Shown: positions 28,873 through 38,578, numbered from the stretch's first letter. The stretch: 64,000 nucleotides of DNA from Burkholderiaceae bacterium (GCA_035764445.1 DASTZF010000248.1:8668-72667), one strand, 5' to 3'. The notes: a model not told the origin generated them from the sequence alone. Numbers and translations are program-made.

Positions 28873-29550
28873 TCAAACCCAGATCTGGATCACGTAGTCG
28901 AACGGCGCCTGCGCGTTGAACAGGTCCACGCGCTGCAGCGCGATCTTCAGCGTGCCGTCGGCGCTGCGCCGCAGCGTGTGCCGGTAACGGCCGCCGAAGT
29001 GGCGGATCGAATCGCGCCGCAGCTCCATCATGTGAAAGCGCGAGCGCACGATGACGCGGTCTTTGGTGGCCTCTTCGAGCGCGACGTGGCTGACGATGTG
29101 GTTGGTCTCCCACAGCGGCGCCTGCGACCACGCGTTGGGGTGCGTGACGCGTCCCTTGCGGATCTCCATCATCGGCTTGTCCTCGATGAAGATCGACGGC
29201 GAGCTCTCCCACTCGGTCTGCTCGGCGCGTGCCGGCATCCAGTAGATGCCGTCGTCGCTGAACAGGTCCATCCAGGCCTGCCACTGCTTGGCGTCGAGCA
29301 GTTCGGCCTGGCGGTACAGCAGCTGCTCGACCTCGCGCTGCAGGTCGACCGCACCCGCGGCCAGCAGTGCGGCGGGCAACTCGCCCACCTTGTGCGGCAC
29401 GCGCGGCGAATGCGTCGGCTCGATCGCCTGCGCGCCGGTGGGGCCGCGCGCGGCGTCGCCGGCGATCACCACGTCCTGGTCGAGCAGGTGGCGCATGTCG
29501 GGTCCCGCGCTGGGGATCGCGCGCGACGAACCCTTGGTTTCAGTGCTCAT
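28873..29550 (-). CDS. Aromatic-ring-hydroxylating dioxygenase, beta subunit
   Basis: LQREVEQLLYRQAELLDAKQWQAWMDLFSDDGIYWMP...R.THPN....ETNH is the Ring_hydroxyl_B/SnoaL-like pattern. AAGGGGG lies upstream of ATG 29550. The N-terminal extension of about 55 aa is unusually long. Confidence 0.85.
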   Translation of the reverse strand: MSTETKGSSRAIPSAGPDMRHLLDQDVVIAGDAARGPTGAQAIEPTHSPRVPHKVGELPAALLAAGAVDLQREVEQLLYRQAELLDAKQWQAWMDLFSDDGIYWMPARAEQTEWESSPSIFIEDKPMMEIRKGRVTHPNAWSQAPLWETNHIVSHVALEEATKDRVIVRSRFHMMELRRDSIRHFGGRYRHTLRRSADGTLKIALQRVDLFNAQAPFDYVIQIWV

Positions 29551-29623
29551 ATCGCCCCCTTGGCGCTGCGCGCCATCGCCCCGAGGGGGAGCGAGTGCCT
29601 TCGGATCGGCCGTGCGGCACTCA

Positions 29624-30931
29624 TCACGCCCCCTGCATGTAGCGCGACCACGCCGCGAACTGGTTGCGCATCACGACCTCGGACGTGCCGTGGTTGGAGT
29701 ACGCGACGCCGTTCTCGATGCGATCGTCGCCGTGGTGGCGGTGGAAGCTGACCCAGTCGCCGCCGTCGGACTGCAGGCCCCATTGGCCCTTGGTCCAGTT
29801 CTCCAGATCGTCGGCGTTGATCATCGTGGCCGGCGAATTGACGAGGTTGTAGTACCACAGGCTGCGCCGGTAGATCGCTTCGGGGGCGCCCTTGAGCCGG
29901 AAGTGCCAGATCTCCGACAGCGTCTTGTCCGGCGAGATCGGCCGCAGGCAGCGCAGCTGCTGCAGCGGCGACTGCACCGACAGGTATGGATACACCAGCA
30001 CGTGGTGGATGCTGCGCGACAGGTACTCCTCGGCCTTCTGCTCGCCGTACGCCTTCTTCAGCATCGCCTCGTGCTCGAGCGTGTCCTTGTCCTGCGGTCG
30101 CAGGCCCATGTAGGCCTTGAGGATGCCGTGGCCCTGCGGGAAGTTGATCGTCTGCACGCTGTCCCACTGCTCGAAGCTCGACGCGAACGCTGACAGGTAG
30201 TGGTAGTACAGCGGCACCGAGCCTTGCTGCTCCTTCAGCCGCCGCTCGACGCGGCCCGCCGCGATGCCGGTGCTCTGGTGGGTCACCGACGGGTGCAGCG
30301 CGTCGAGCTGGTTCTCCATGAAGAACTTCCAGTTCGACTGCTGGATCACGCGGTGGCACACCGGCACGATCTCGACCTCGCCCACCGGCGAGCGGTCACA
30401 CATGTCGTCGAATGCGACCTTCGCTTCGCCAAGGAACTCCAGCAGCGACGGCCCGTCGGCAACCAGGCTGGCGAACACGAAGCCGCGGTAGCTGGCGACG
30501 CGCGCCGCGCTCTTCATGTTGCAGTCGGGGTTGCTGCGGTCCATGCGCGTGCCGTCGTAGCCCTGCGCCAACGGGATCGCGCGGATCTTGCCGTCGAGGT
30601 GATAGCTCCACGCGTGGTACGAGCAGACGAACGCGGCGCCGGTGTTGCCCTGCAGGTTGCCCACCACCTGCACGCCACGGTGCGCGCAGCGGTTGTGCAG
30701 CACGTGGATCGCACGATCCGCGCCGCGCACCATCAGCATCGGCTGGCGGCCGATCGTTACCGCGAAGTAGTCGCCGGCGTTTGGAATCTGCGACTCGTGG
30801 CCGCAATAGACCCACACCCGCTCGAAGATGCGCTCCATCTCGCGGTCGAAGATCTGCTGGTCGGTGTACACGCGCTTGTGCACCCGGTCGGGCTCGACGC
30901 AGGTCGAGAGGTCGACGGCGCTCTCAGGCAT
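29624..30931 (-). CDS. Rieske [2Fe-2S] aromatic-ring-hydroxylating oxygenase, alpha subunit
   Basis: The Rieske motif is CAHRG...CSYHAW (CxH-x17-CxxH). The catalytic-domain His/Asp region reads NWKFFMENQLDALHPSVTH. The start is ATG 30931, 6 nt after AAGGAG. Confidence 0.9.
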   Translation of the reverse strand: MPESAVDLSTCVEPDRVHKRVYTDQQIFDREMERIFERVWVYCGHESQIPNAGDYFAVTIGRQPMLMVRGADRAIHVLHNRCAHRGVQVVGNLQGNTGAAFVCSYHAWSYHLDGKIRAIPLAQGYDGTRMDRSNPDCNMKSAARVASYRGFVFASLVADGPSLLEFLGEAKVAFDDMCDRSPVGEVEIVPVCHRVIQQSNWKFFMENQLDALHPSVTHQSTGIAAGRVERRLKEQQGSVPLYYHYLSAFASSFEQWDSVQTINFPQGHGILKAYMGLRPQDKDTLEHEAMLKKAYGEQKAEEYLSRSIHHVLVYPYLSVQSPLQQLRCLRPISPDKTLSEIWHFRLKGAPEAIYRRSLWYYNLVNSPATMINADDLENWTKGQWGLQSDGGDWVSFHRHHGDDRIENGVAYSNHGTSEVVMRNQFAAWSRYMQGA

Positions 30932-30945
30932 CGGAATCTCCTTCG

Positions 30946-31419
30946 TCATGCAGCTCGCGGCTGGGCGGCGGGCCCTTGATCCAGATTGGCTTTCATGCGC
31001 TCCAGGGTCCAGCGCAGCATGTCGACCGCGCCGGCCGGTAGCCCTTCGACCGCCACCTGGTTCAGTCGTTCGACGGTCGGCCAGATGCGCGCGAACAGCC
31101 GCTCGCCGCTCGCCGTGGGCGCCAGCCGCGTGACGCGCAGATCGGTCGCGTCGTTCAGCCGCGTCGCCCAGCCGGCCTTCTCCATGCGGTCGACCGTGCG
31201 CGTCAGCGTCGTGCGGTCGATCGTCGCCAGGTCGGCCAGCTCGCGCATCGAGCAGCGGCGCCGCGCGCACAGCGACGCCAGCACGCGCCACTCCGGCACC
31301 CGCAGCCCGAACTCGCGCAGTTCCTGGGTCAGCCGCCGGTCGCGGCTGCCGATCGCCTGCGTGAGCCAGAAGAACACGTGCTGCTCGAGCTCGAACTGCA
31401 CCGCGGGTTGCCTTGGCAT
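30946..31419 (-). CDS. MarR-family transcriptional regulator
   Basis: The winged-helix region reads LRVPEWRVLASLCARRRCSMRELADLATIDRTTLTRTVDRMEKAGWATR. The start is taken at ATG 31419. Confidence 0.85.
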   Translation of the reverse strand: MPRQPAVQFELEQHVFFWLTQAIGSRDRRLTQELREFGLRVPEWRVLASLCARRRCSMRELADLATIDRTTLTRTVDRMEKAGWATRLNDATDLRVTRLAPTASGERLFARIWPTVERLNQVAVEGLPAGAVDMLRWTLERMKANLDQGPAAQPRAA

Positions 31420-31521
31420 GGCCACGAACGTAGCGCGATTTAGGTGCATCTGCAACTGTCTGGAAAACCCTAGCCCGCCAGCGGGCAGCGCGCGGCGGTT
31501 CCAGATCTCTTGCGAACGCAC

Positions 31522-32475
31522 CTATTGGCGCGGGCCGCCGCGGCGGGCTCCCGGCGTCTGGCCGTAGCGCGCCTTGAAGCTGCGGCAAAACGCCGGCACG
31601 TCGCGAAAGCCGTGCGCCAGCGCGATGTCAGCGACGCTGCGCCCCGACCAGGCCGGGTCGGCCAGCGCGGCCGCGCAGCGCGCCAGCCGTTCGTCGCGCA
31701 GCCAGCGCGTCACGCCGCTGCCACCGCCCGCGAAGGCGCGCTGCAGCGTGCGCACCGACACGTGCTGTGCGCGCGCGATCGCCTCCAGCGTCAGGTCGGG
31801 GTCGCCGAGCATCGCCCGCGCATGGCGTTGCGCGCGCTCGAGCAAAGCCTGTCGCGCGTCGATGCTGTCGCTGTCGGCCGCGACGCTGGCCGCGTTGTGC
31901 GCCGCCACCAGGTGGAACACCTCGTCGATCAGCAGCGCGGCCTCGCCGTCGTCGACCTCCGGCAGCGCCTCGTCGAGCCCGCGCACGAAGCCGTACAGCA
32001 CGCGGCCGAAGCCGCCCGCCGGCAGCAGGCGCTGCGCCAGCCGCCGGTCGAGGTCGCGCGCCAGCGGACCGAAGCTATCGCGCGGCGCCTGGATCACCGT
32101 CTGCCGGAACGGCTGCTCGAACAGCAGTCGGTACGGCTGCGAGTTGTGGAAGAGCAGCATGTCGCCCGGTTGCAGCAGCGCGTGGGCGCCGGCCTGTTCG
32201 ACGCCGCAGGTGCCCGAGCGCTGCACCATGAAGGTGTAGATGTCGCGCTGCGCGTCGCGCGCGATCTGCGGCGTGTCGCGGCTGACGCGCTGCGGCCCGG
32301 CGTCGACGGCGGAGTACACGCGGCCGCTCGCCGCCCGCACCTCCATCCGGGCGTGGAATGCCTGCCGCACCAGCGGCTCGGCATTCATCGGCACGTAGAC
32401 CGAGCAGACCACCTCGCGCCAGAAGCCGGCGCGCTCGCCCGGGCTGACGCGCGCGGTGTCGAACTGCAGCTGCAT
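31522..32475 (-). CDS. AraC-family transcriptional regulator
   Basis: The start is ATG 32475, preceded by AAGGAG. The C-terminal AraC HTH reads LTLEAIARAQHVSVRTLQRAF...IALAHGFRDVPAFCRSFKARYGQTP. Confidence 0.85.
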   Translation of the reverse strand: MQLQFDTARVSPGERAGFWREVVCSVYVPMNAEPLVRQAFHARMEVRAASGRVYSAVDAGPQRVSRDTPQIARDAQRDIYTFMVQRSGTCGVEQAGAHALLQPGDMLLFHNSQPYRLLFEQPFRQTVIQAPRDSFGPLARDLDRRLAQRLLPAGGFGRVLYGFVRGLDEALPEVDDGEAALLIDEVFHLVAAHNAASVAADSDSIDARQALLERAQRHARAMLGDPDLTLEAIARAQHVSVRTLQRAFAGGGSGVTRWLRDERLARCAAALADPAWSGRSVADIALAHGFRDVPAFCRSFKARYGQTPGARRGGPRQ

Positions 32476-32610
32476 GCCTGCTCCTTGACGCTCCCGGCAC
32501 AGCGCGTTGGCACGCCGTGCACACGCTGCACACGCACGCACGCCTAGCATCGGCTGCGCCGCGGTTTGGCGAACGCCGCGTTCACTCTACTGCCATTGGA
32601 AGGAGCCGTC

Positions 32611-33741
32611 ATGCCGACGAAACCCGCAAAGCCCCTGCTCGGTGGCCGCGACAAGGTCAAGGTGGCGATCGCCCAGAAGTCGCCGGCGTTCATGAACGTG
32701 GACGCTTGCGTCGAGCGCGCCGAGGCGATCATCGGCGAGGCCGGCCGCGGTGGCGCGCAGCTGGTGGTCTTTCCCGAGGCCTGGCTGGCCGGTTATCCGT
32801 ACTGGACCGAAGGCTGGGATTCCACGCTGCCGCAATGGGCGGGCGGCCGCATCGCGTTTCGCGACAACGCTCTGGTGGTGCCGTCGGAGCAGGCTGATCG
32901 CATCGCGCACGCCGCCCGCAAGGCCGGCGTCTACGTCGTGCTCGGCTGCAACGAGATGGACCCGCGACCCGCGGTCAGCACGGTCTACAACAGCCTGATC
33001 TTCTTCGCCCCCGATGGCAGCGTGCTGGGGCGCCACCGCAAGCTGATGCCGACCCTCACCGAGCGCATGTTCTGGGGCCACGGCGACGCCGACGACCTGG
33101 TGGTGTTCGACACCGACATCGGACGCATCGGCGCGCTGATCTGCGGCGAGCACCTGATGACGCTGGTGCGCGCGGCGATGATCGCGCAGGGCGAAGACAT
33201 CCACGTCGCGGTGTTTCCCGGTGCCTTCGAGCTGCACACCGGCCCTCAGCTCGAGGAGCCCGAGAAGGCGGGTTGCTTCTGGGGCCACTTCGAAGTGCGC
33301 GCTCACGCGTTCGAGGCGGGCGCATTCGTCGTGTCGGCGTGCGCGACGCTGAGCGACGACGACGTCGCGCCCCAGTTTCCCCACAAGGGCAAGATGAACA
33401 TCGGCTACGCCAACGGCGGCAGCGAGGTGATCGCGCCGCTGGGGATCGCGCTGGCCGGCCCGACCTACGGCGAGGCGATCGTCTACGCCGAGCTCGAGGC
33501 GTGGATGATCAAGGCGACCAAGGCCATCGTCGACACGATGGGTCACTACGCGCGACCCGACGTGCTGCGCCTTCTGATGCGCCGCGAGAACGGCTGGGCG
33601 CCGGTTGGCGCGGCGCGTGACCTCGCACCGTTGCGGAAGTTGTTGAGCGACGACGCGCTCAAACGGGCCGCCGACGCGCGCGACGTGGCGCCGGAGCCCG
33701 TGCTCGAGCTGGCCGAGAGCGTGCGGCGCGCTGCAGCGTGA
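32611..33741 (+). CDS. Nitrilase-superfamily carbon-nitrogen hydrolase
   Basis: GGAAGGAG lies upstream of ATG 32611. The Glu-Lys-Cys triad contexts are VVFPEAWLAGYP, HRKLMPT and GALICGEH. A C-terminal extension of about 60 aa is present. Confidence 0.85.
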   Translation: MPTKPAKPLLGGRDKVKVAIAQKSPAFMNVDACVERAEAIIGEAGRGGAQLVVFPEAWLAGYPYWTEGWDSTLPQWAGGRIAFRDNALVVPSEQADRIAHAARKAGVYVVLGCNEMDPRPAVSTVYNSLIFFAPDGSVLGRHRKLMPTLTERMFWGHGDADDLVVFDTDIGRIGALICGEHLMTLVRAAMIAQGEDIHVAVFPGAFELHTGPQLEEPEKAGCFWGHFEVRAHAFEAGAFVVSACATLSDDDVAPQFPHKGKMNIGYANGGSEVIAPLGIALAGPTYGEAIVYAELEAWMIKATKAIVDTMGHYARPDVLRLLMRRENGWAPVGAARDLAPLRKLLSDDALKRAADARDVAPEPVLELAESVRRAAA

Positions 33742-33828
33742 GTGGGCGCCTTGGCTTCGGCCGGCGCTTGCGCGCATTCACGTCGCGCTGCGACGTGAGC
33801 CTTCGCCGAAGCGACCTGAAGGTCGCTT

Positions 33829-35283
33829 TCAGTCGTGCTTGATCGCGATCGTCTTCAGCGTCGAGAAGCCGTACAGCGCCTCGAAGCCTTTCTCGCGGCC
33901 GTGGCCTGAGCTCTTGACGCCGCCGAACGGCAACTCGACACCGCCGCCGGCGCCGTAGTTGTTGACGAACACCTGGCCGCACTTCAGACGCCGCGCCACG
34001 CGCAGCGCGCGGCTGCCGTCGCGCGTCCAGACGCCGGCCACCAGCCCGAACGGCGTGCCGTTGGCCTGCGCGACGGCGTCGGCCTCGTCGTCGAACGCGA
34101 TCACCACCTGCACCGGGCCGAAGATCTCCTCCTGCGCCAGCCGGTGGTCGTTGCTCACCGGCGCCAGCAAGGTCGGCGCCACGTAGCAACCGTTGCGCGG
34201 CAGGTCGCCACTCAACGACGCCTGCGCCGCCACGCGCAGCCCGCTGTCGCGCGCCAGCGCGAGGTAGCTCTGCACCAGCTCTTTCTGGCGGGCCGAGATC
34301 AGCGGGCCGACATCGGGGTCGGCGATCGCCGGGCCGACGACCAGCTTCTTGTAGCGCTCGGCCATGCGCGCGACCACGTCGTCGAAGATGCTGGCCTCCA
34401 CCAGGATGCGCGACGCCGCCGAGCACGTCTGGCCGGCGTTCTGCACGCCGGCGTTGACGAGGAACGGCAGCGCCGCATCGAGGTCGGCGTCGGCAAACAC
34501 GAGCTGCGGGCTCTTGCCCCCGAGTTCGAGCGTCACCGGCACCGTGTTCTTCGACGCCGCCGCCTGCACCTGCTGGCCCACCGCCACCGAGCCGGTGAAC
34601 GACAGGTGCGCCACGCCGTGGTGGCGCGCCAGCGCGGCGCCGGCCTCCTCGCCGAGACCCGGCACGACGTTGAGCGCGCCGGCCGGCAGGCCGCAGTCGT
34701 GCGCGATGCGCGCGAACGCCAGCGCGGTGAGACACGCCTCCTCGGCCGGTTTCAGCACGCAGGCGTTGCCCATCGCCAGCGCCGCCCCGACCGAGCGGCC
34801 GATGATCTGCATCGGGTAGTTCCACGGCACGATGTGGCCGGTGATGCCGTGCGGCTCGCGCACGGTCAACGCGGTGTAGCCGGTGGTGAACGGGATCGTC
34901 TCGCCCATCACCTTGTCGGCCGCGCCGCCATAGAACTCGAGGTAGCGCGCCAGCGAGTTGGCATCCGCCAGGCCCTGCTTGACCGGCTTGCCGACATCCA
35001 GCGCCTCCATGCGCGCGAGCACGTCGGCCAGTTCCGACACCCGCTGGCTCATGCGCAGCAGGATGCGGCCGCGCTCGGCCGCGCTCATCTGTCCCCACTC
35101 GCCGCCGAGCGCGGCCTGCGCCCCGTGGACCGCGGCATCGATCTCGGCCGGGCCGCCGCGAGCGATCTGCGTCAGCTCGCTGCCGTCGGACGGGTTGATC
35201 AGCGACAGCGTGTGGCCGAACGAGGCACTCTGCCAGCGTCCGCCGATGAAGACCGCGCGGGTGTCGAAATCGATCGCATCCAT
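33829..35283 (-). CDS. NAD(P)-dependent aldehyde dehydrogenase
   Basis: The start is ATG 35283. The motifs are VPWNYP, FTGSVAVG, LELGGKSP (catalytic Glu), NAGQTCSA (catalytic Cys) and EEIFGPV. Confidence 0.95.
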   Translation of the reverse strand: MDAIDFDTRAVFIGGRWQSASFGHTLSLINPSDGSELTQIARGGPAEIDAAVHGAQAALGGEWGQMSAAERGRILLRMSQRVSELADVLARMEALDVGKPVKQGLADANSLARYLEFYGGAADKVMGETIPFTTGYTALTVREPHGITGHIVPWNYPMQIIGRSVGAALAMGNACVLKPAEEACLTALAFARIAHDCGLPAGALNVVPGLGEEAGAALARHHGVAHLSFTGSVAVGQQVQAAASKNTVPVTLELGGKSPQLVFADADLDAALPFLVNAGVQNAGQTCSAASRILVEASIFDDVVARMAERYKKLVVGPAIADPDVGPLISARQKELVQSYLALARDSGLRVAAQASLSGDLPRNGCYVAPTLLAPVSNDHRLAQEEIFGPVQVVIAFDDEADAVAQANGTPFGLVAGVWTRDGSRALRVARRLKCGQVFVNNYGAGGGVELPFGGVKSSGHGREKGFEALYGFSTLKTIAIKHD

Positions 35284-35487
35284 GTTGTCTGCTCCGTGCG
35301 TTTTGCCCTTTGCCGACGGACCCTGGGTGGCTTTGGGGCATGATAGTCCGCATGCATCGTCCCCGGTGTCGCGCACTGCGAGAGGTGTCGTGCCTGCGCC
35401 GCAGGTCGCTGCCGGCATGAGCCGCCTCGGGCGTTCGGCGTGGGCGCGTCGCGGCCCGGCGTCGCGCGCGCTGCGCCGGGTGCCGCG

Positions 35488-36450
35488 ATGAGCGTGTTCC
35501 TGCTCAAGCGCTTTGCGACCTTCGTCGCCACGCTGCTGGTGGCGTCGGTGCTGGTGTTCTCGGTGCTGGATCTGCTGCCGGGCAACGTCGCGCAGGTGAT
35601 CCTCGGCGACACCGCGACGCCGGAGTCGATCGCGGCGCTGGAGAAGAAGCTCGGCCTCGACCGGCCGGCGCTGGTGCGCTACACCGACTGGGTCGGCGGG
35701 CTGCTGCGCGGCCGCACCGCCCTCAGCCATTCGTACGATACCCCGACCGCGACGCTGATCGCCGAGCGATTGCAGGTGACGTTGCCGCTGGCGGTGATGG
35801 CGATGGTGTTCACCGTGCTGATCGGCATCAGCGCCGGCATCTACGCCGCCGCACGCCAGAACAAGCCCGGTGATGTCGGCGTGATGGCGCTGAGCCAGCT
35901 CGGCATCGCGCTGCCGAGCTTCTGGTTCGCGATCCTGCTGATCCTCCTGTTCGCGGTGAAGCTGCACTGGGTCAGCGCGGGTGGCTTCCCGGGCTGGAGC
36001 GAAGCGGCGGGCGGCGGCCTGTGGGACGGCCTGATCGCGCTGCTGCTGCCCGCGGTCGCGCTGGCCGTCGTGCAGGCGGCGGTGCTGGCGCGCTGGACGC
36101 GCTCATCGGTGCTCGAGACGCTGCGCGAGGACTATGTGCGCACCGCGCGCGCCAAAGGGCTGAGCCGGCGCGCGGTGCTGTGGCAGCACGTGCTGCGCAA
36201 CGCGATGATCCCGGTGCTGACCATCCTCGGCTTGCAGTTCGCGTTCCTGATCAGTGGCACGGTGGTGGTCGAGAACGTGTTCGTGCTGCCGGGCATCGGG
36301 CGGCTGGTGTTCCAGGCGATCGCCAACCGCGACCTCGTGGTCGTGCGCGACGTCGTGCTGCTGCTGGTGGCGATGGTGGTGGCGGTCAACTTCGTGGTCG
36401 ACGTGCTGTACGCGGTCATCGACCCGCGGCTCAAGCCGAGCGACGCATGA
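35488..36450 (+). CDS. Dpp/Opp-type ABC transporter permease (DppB-like)
   Basis: The product reads MSVFLLKRFATFVATLLVASVLVF...LGLDRP...REDYVRTARAKGLS, the EAA-loop region typical of DppB/OppB. Confidence 0.9.
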   Translation: MSVFLLKRFATFVATLLVASVLVFSVLDLLPGNVAQVILGDTATPESIAALEKKLGLDRPALVRYTDWVGGLLRGRTALSHSYDTPTATLIAERLQVTLPLAVMAMVFTVLIGISAGIYAAARQNKPGDVGVMALSQLGIALPSFWFAILLILLFAVKLHWVSAGGFPGWSEAAGGGLWDGLIALLLPAVALAVVQAAVLARWTRSSVLETLREDYVRTARAKGLSRRAVLWQHVLRNAMIPVLTILGLQFAFLISGTVVVENVFVLPGIGRLVFQAIANRDLVVVRDVVLLLVAMVVAVNFVVDVLYAVIDPRLKPSDA

Positions 36451-36466
36451 ACTGGGGCAAGGGGAG

Positions 36467-37333
36467 ATGAGCGCCGTGATGGTCGGGGCCGCGCCCCAGA
36501 GCCACTTTGCGGCGCGCGCGCTGCGCCATCGCAGCTTCGCGATCGGCGCGCTGCTGACGCTGTTGCTGCTGCTGGCCGCGGCGCTGTCGCTGGTGTGGTC
36601 GCCATACCCGCCGGCCGAGATCGACATCCCCCACAAGCTGCAGGGCCCGAGCGTCGCGCACTGGTTCGGCACCGACAGCCTGGGCCGTGACATCGCTTCG
36701 CAACTGTTGGTGGGTGCGCAGGCGTCGATCGTGGTGGGCGTGTTCGCGGTGCTGATCGGCTTTTCGGTCGGCACCGCGCTCGGCCTGCTGGCATCGGCGC
36801 GCGGTGGCTGGGTCGAAGAGGGCGTGATGCGGCTGTCCGACTTCACGTTCGCGTTCCCGGCGCTGCTGTCGGCGATCATGCTCGGCGCCATCTATCGCCC
36901 TGGACTGGCGACCGGCATCGTCGCGATCGGCATCTTCAACGTCCCGGTGTTCGCGCGCGTCACGCGTGCCGCCGCCAATGCGATCTGGGCACGCGAGTAC
37001 GTGCTGGCCGCGCGTGCCGCCGGCAAGAACCGCTGGCAGATCACCTGGGACCACGTGGTGCCCAACATCGCCAGCGCGCTGATCGTGCACGCGACCAACC
37101 AGTTCGCCACCGCGATCATTGCCGAGGCGGCGCTGAGCTACCTCGGGCTCGGCACCCAGCCGCCGATGCCGAGCTGGGGCCGGATGCTCAACGAGGCGCA
37201 GACGCAGATGTTCCAGGCGCCGATGCTCGCCGTCTACCCCGGCATGGCCATTGTGCTGGCGGTGCTCGGCCTCAATCTGATGGGCGACGGCCTGCGCGAC
37301 CTGCTCGATCCGAAGCTGGCGCGCAAGCGTTAG
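36467..37333 (+). CDS. Dpp/Opp-type ABC transporter permease (DppC-like)
   Basis: The start is ATG 36467. The motifs are HWFGTDSLGRD and EYVLAARAAGKNRWQI...ALSYLGLG. Confidence 0.9.
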   Translation: MSAVMVGAAPQSHFAARALRHRSFAIGALLTLLLLLAAALSLVWSPYPPAEIDIPHKLQGPSVAHWFGTDSLGRDIASQLLVGAQASIVVGVFAVLIGFSVGTALGLLASARGGWVEEGVMRLSDFTFAFPALLSAIMLGAIYRPGLATGIVAIGIFNVPVFARVTRAAANAIWAREYVLAARAAGKNRWQITWDHVVPNIASALIVHATNQFATAIIAEAALSYLGLGTQPPMPSWGRMLNEAQTQMFQAPMLAVYPGMAIVLAVLGLNLMGDGLRDLLDPKLARKR

Positions 37334-37351
37334 AACTACCCAGGCGAATCC

Positions 37352-37990
37352 ATGAAGACTCTGAAGATCGATTTCGTTTCCGACGTCGCGTGCCCGTGGT
37401 GTGCGGTGGGGCTGAATTCACTGGAGTGCGCGCTGCAGCGCGTCGGCGCCGACGTGCAGGCCGACTTGCACTTCCAGCCGTTCGAGCTGAACCCGACGAT
37501 GCCCGCTGAGGGCGCCGACACCGTGCAGTACCTGGCTGGCAAGTACGGCATCGGCCCCGAGCAGATCGCTCGCAACCAGGCCGCGATCCGCGCCCGTGGC
37601 GCCGAGGTCGGGTTCGCCTTCGGCCGTCGCGAGCGCGTGTGGAACACGTTCGACGCGCACCGGCTGCTGCACTGGGCCGGGCTGCAGGGCAAGCAGCGCG
37701 AGCTGAAGCATGCGCTGCTGAAGGCCTATCACGGCGACGGCCGCAACCCCGGCGCGCACGACGTGCTGCTCGAGCTGGCGGGCGCGGTCGGGCTCGATGT
37801 CGACGCCGCGCGCGACGTGCTCACCAGGGGTCGTTACGCCGACGAGGTGCGTGCCGCCGAGGCGATGTGGCAACAAGCGGGCATCCACTCGGTGCCGTCG
37901 ATCGTCATCAACGACCGTCACCTGATCCAGGGCGGCCAGCCGCCCGAGGTGTTCGAACAGGCGCTGCGGCAGATCGCGGCGCAGGAATGA
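37352..37990 (+). CDS. DsbA-family oxidoreductase (FrnE / 2-hydroxychromene-2-carboxylate-isomerase-like)
   Basis: IDFVSDVACPWCAVG carries the CPWC thioredoxin-fold motif, and the C-terminal part reads GIHSVPSIVIN. No signal peptide is present. Confidence 0.9.
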   Translation: MKTLKIDFVSDVACPWCAVGLNSLECALQRVGADVQADLHFQPFELNPTMPAEGADTVQYLAGKYGIGPEQIARNQAAIRARGAEVGFAFGRRERVWNTFDAHRLLHWAGLQGKQRELKHALLKAYHGDGRNPGAHDVLLELAGAVGLDVDAARDVLTRGRYADEVRAAEAMWQQAGIHSVPSIVINDRHLIQGGQPPEVFEQALRQIAAQE

Positions 37991-38068
37991 TGCCGCTCCC
38001 CTGCAAGCCCACGGCCGGGTCCCCCAACCCGGGATCGGGTCTCCGCGGGCGGCCGTGCGAGGCCTGAA

Positions 38069-38578
38069 ATGGCGCGCAACGTGGAGATCAAAGCGCGCAT
38101 CGACAGCGTCGACGTGCTGCTGCCGCGCGCGCGCGCCTTGGCCGACGGCGATGCGCAGACGCTGCTGCAGGACGACACCTTCTTTTGCGTGCCCAGCGGC
38201 CGCCTGAAGCTGCGCGAGTTCGGCGACGGCAGCGCCGAGCTGATCCACTACCATCGCGCCGACGCCGAGCAGGCGCGGTTGTCGGACTACGTGCGCTCGC
38301 CGGTGCCGGACGCCGCGTCGCTGCGCGAGGCACTGCAGCGCGCACTGGGGGCGCTCGGCCGCGTGCGCAAGCGGCGCCTGCTGCTGATGGCCGGATGCAC
38401 GCGCATCCACCTCGACCGCGTGGTGGGCCTGGGCGACTTCATCGAGCTCGAGGTCGTGCTGAACGGCAACCAAGGCGAGCGCGACGCTGCGCTTGCCGCC
38501 GAGCGCCTGATGCGCGAACTCGGGCTCGCCGCCGCGCCGCGCATCGCCGGCGCCTACCTCGATCTGTTGGCCGCGTGA
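38069..38578 (+). CDS. CYTH-domain protein (class IV adenylate cyclase CyaB-like)
   Basis: MARNVEIKARI is the ExExK signature at the N-terminus. The product is 169 aa and also reads ...RIHLDRVVGLGDFIELEV. Confidence 0.85.
   Translation: MARNVEIKARIDSVDVLLPRARALADGDAQTLLQDDTFFCVPSGRLKLREFGDGSAELIHYHRADAEQARLSDYVRSPVPDAASLREALQRALGALGRVRKRRLLLMAGCTRIHLDRVVGLGDFIELEVVLNGNQGERDAALAAERLMRELGLAAAPRIAGAYLDLLAA

Noticed and set aside
33809-33828. The hairpin AAGCGACC-TGAA-GGTCGCTT between the convergent nitrilase and aldehyde dehydrogenase genes, as a terminator
   Set aside because: The stem is only 8 bp, it abuts the aldH stop codon, and no U-tract follows on either strand. This is too weak to call.
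33829-35967. Long N-terminal extensions of track ORFs, for example aldehyde dehydrogenase as 712 aa, coxL as 922 aa (48868..51636), XdhC as 492 aa (57737..59215), and the Rieske alpha subunit as 654 aa (29624..31588)
   Set aside because: The extensions are Arg/Ala-rich and overlap upstream genes or promoters. In each case an internal ATG with an SD sequence, or with family-typical N-terminal sequence, gives a normal-length protein.
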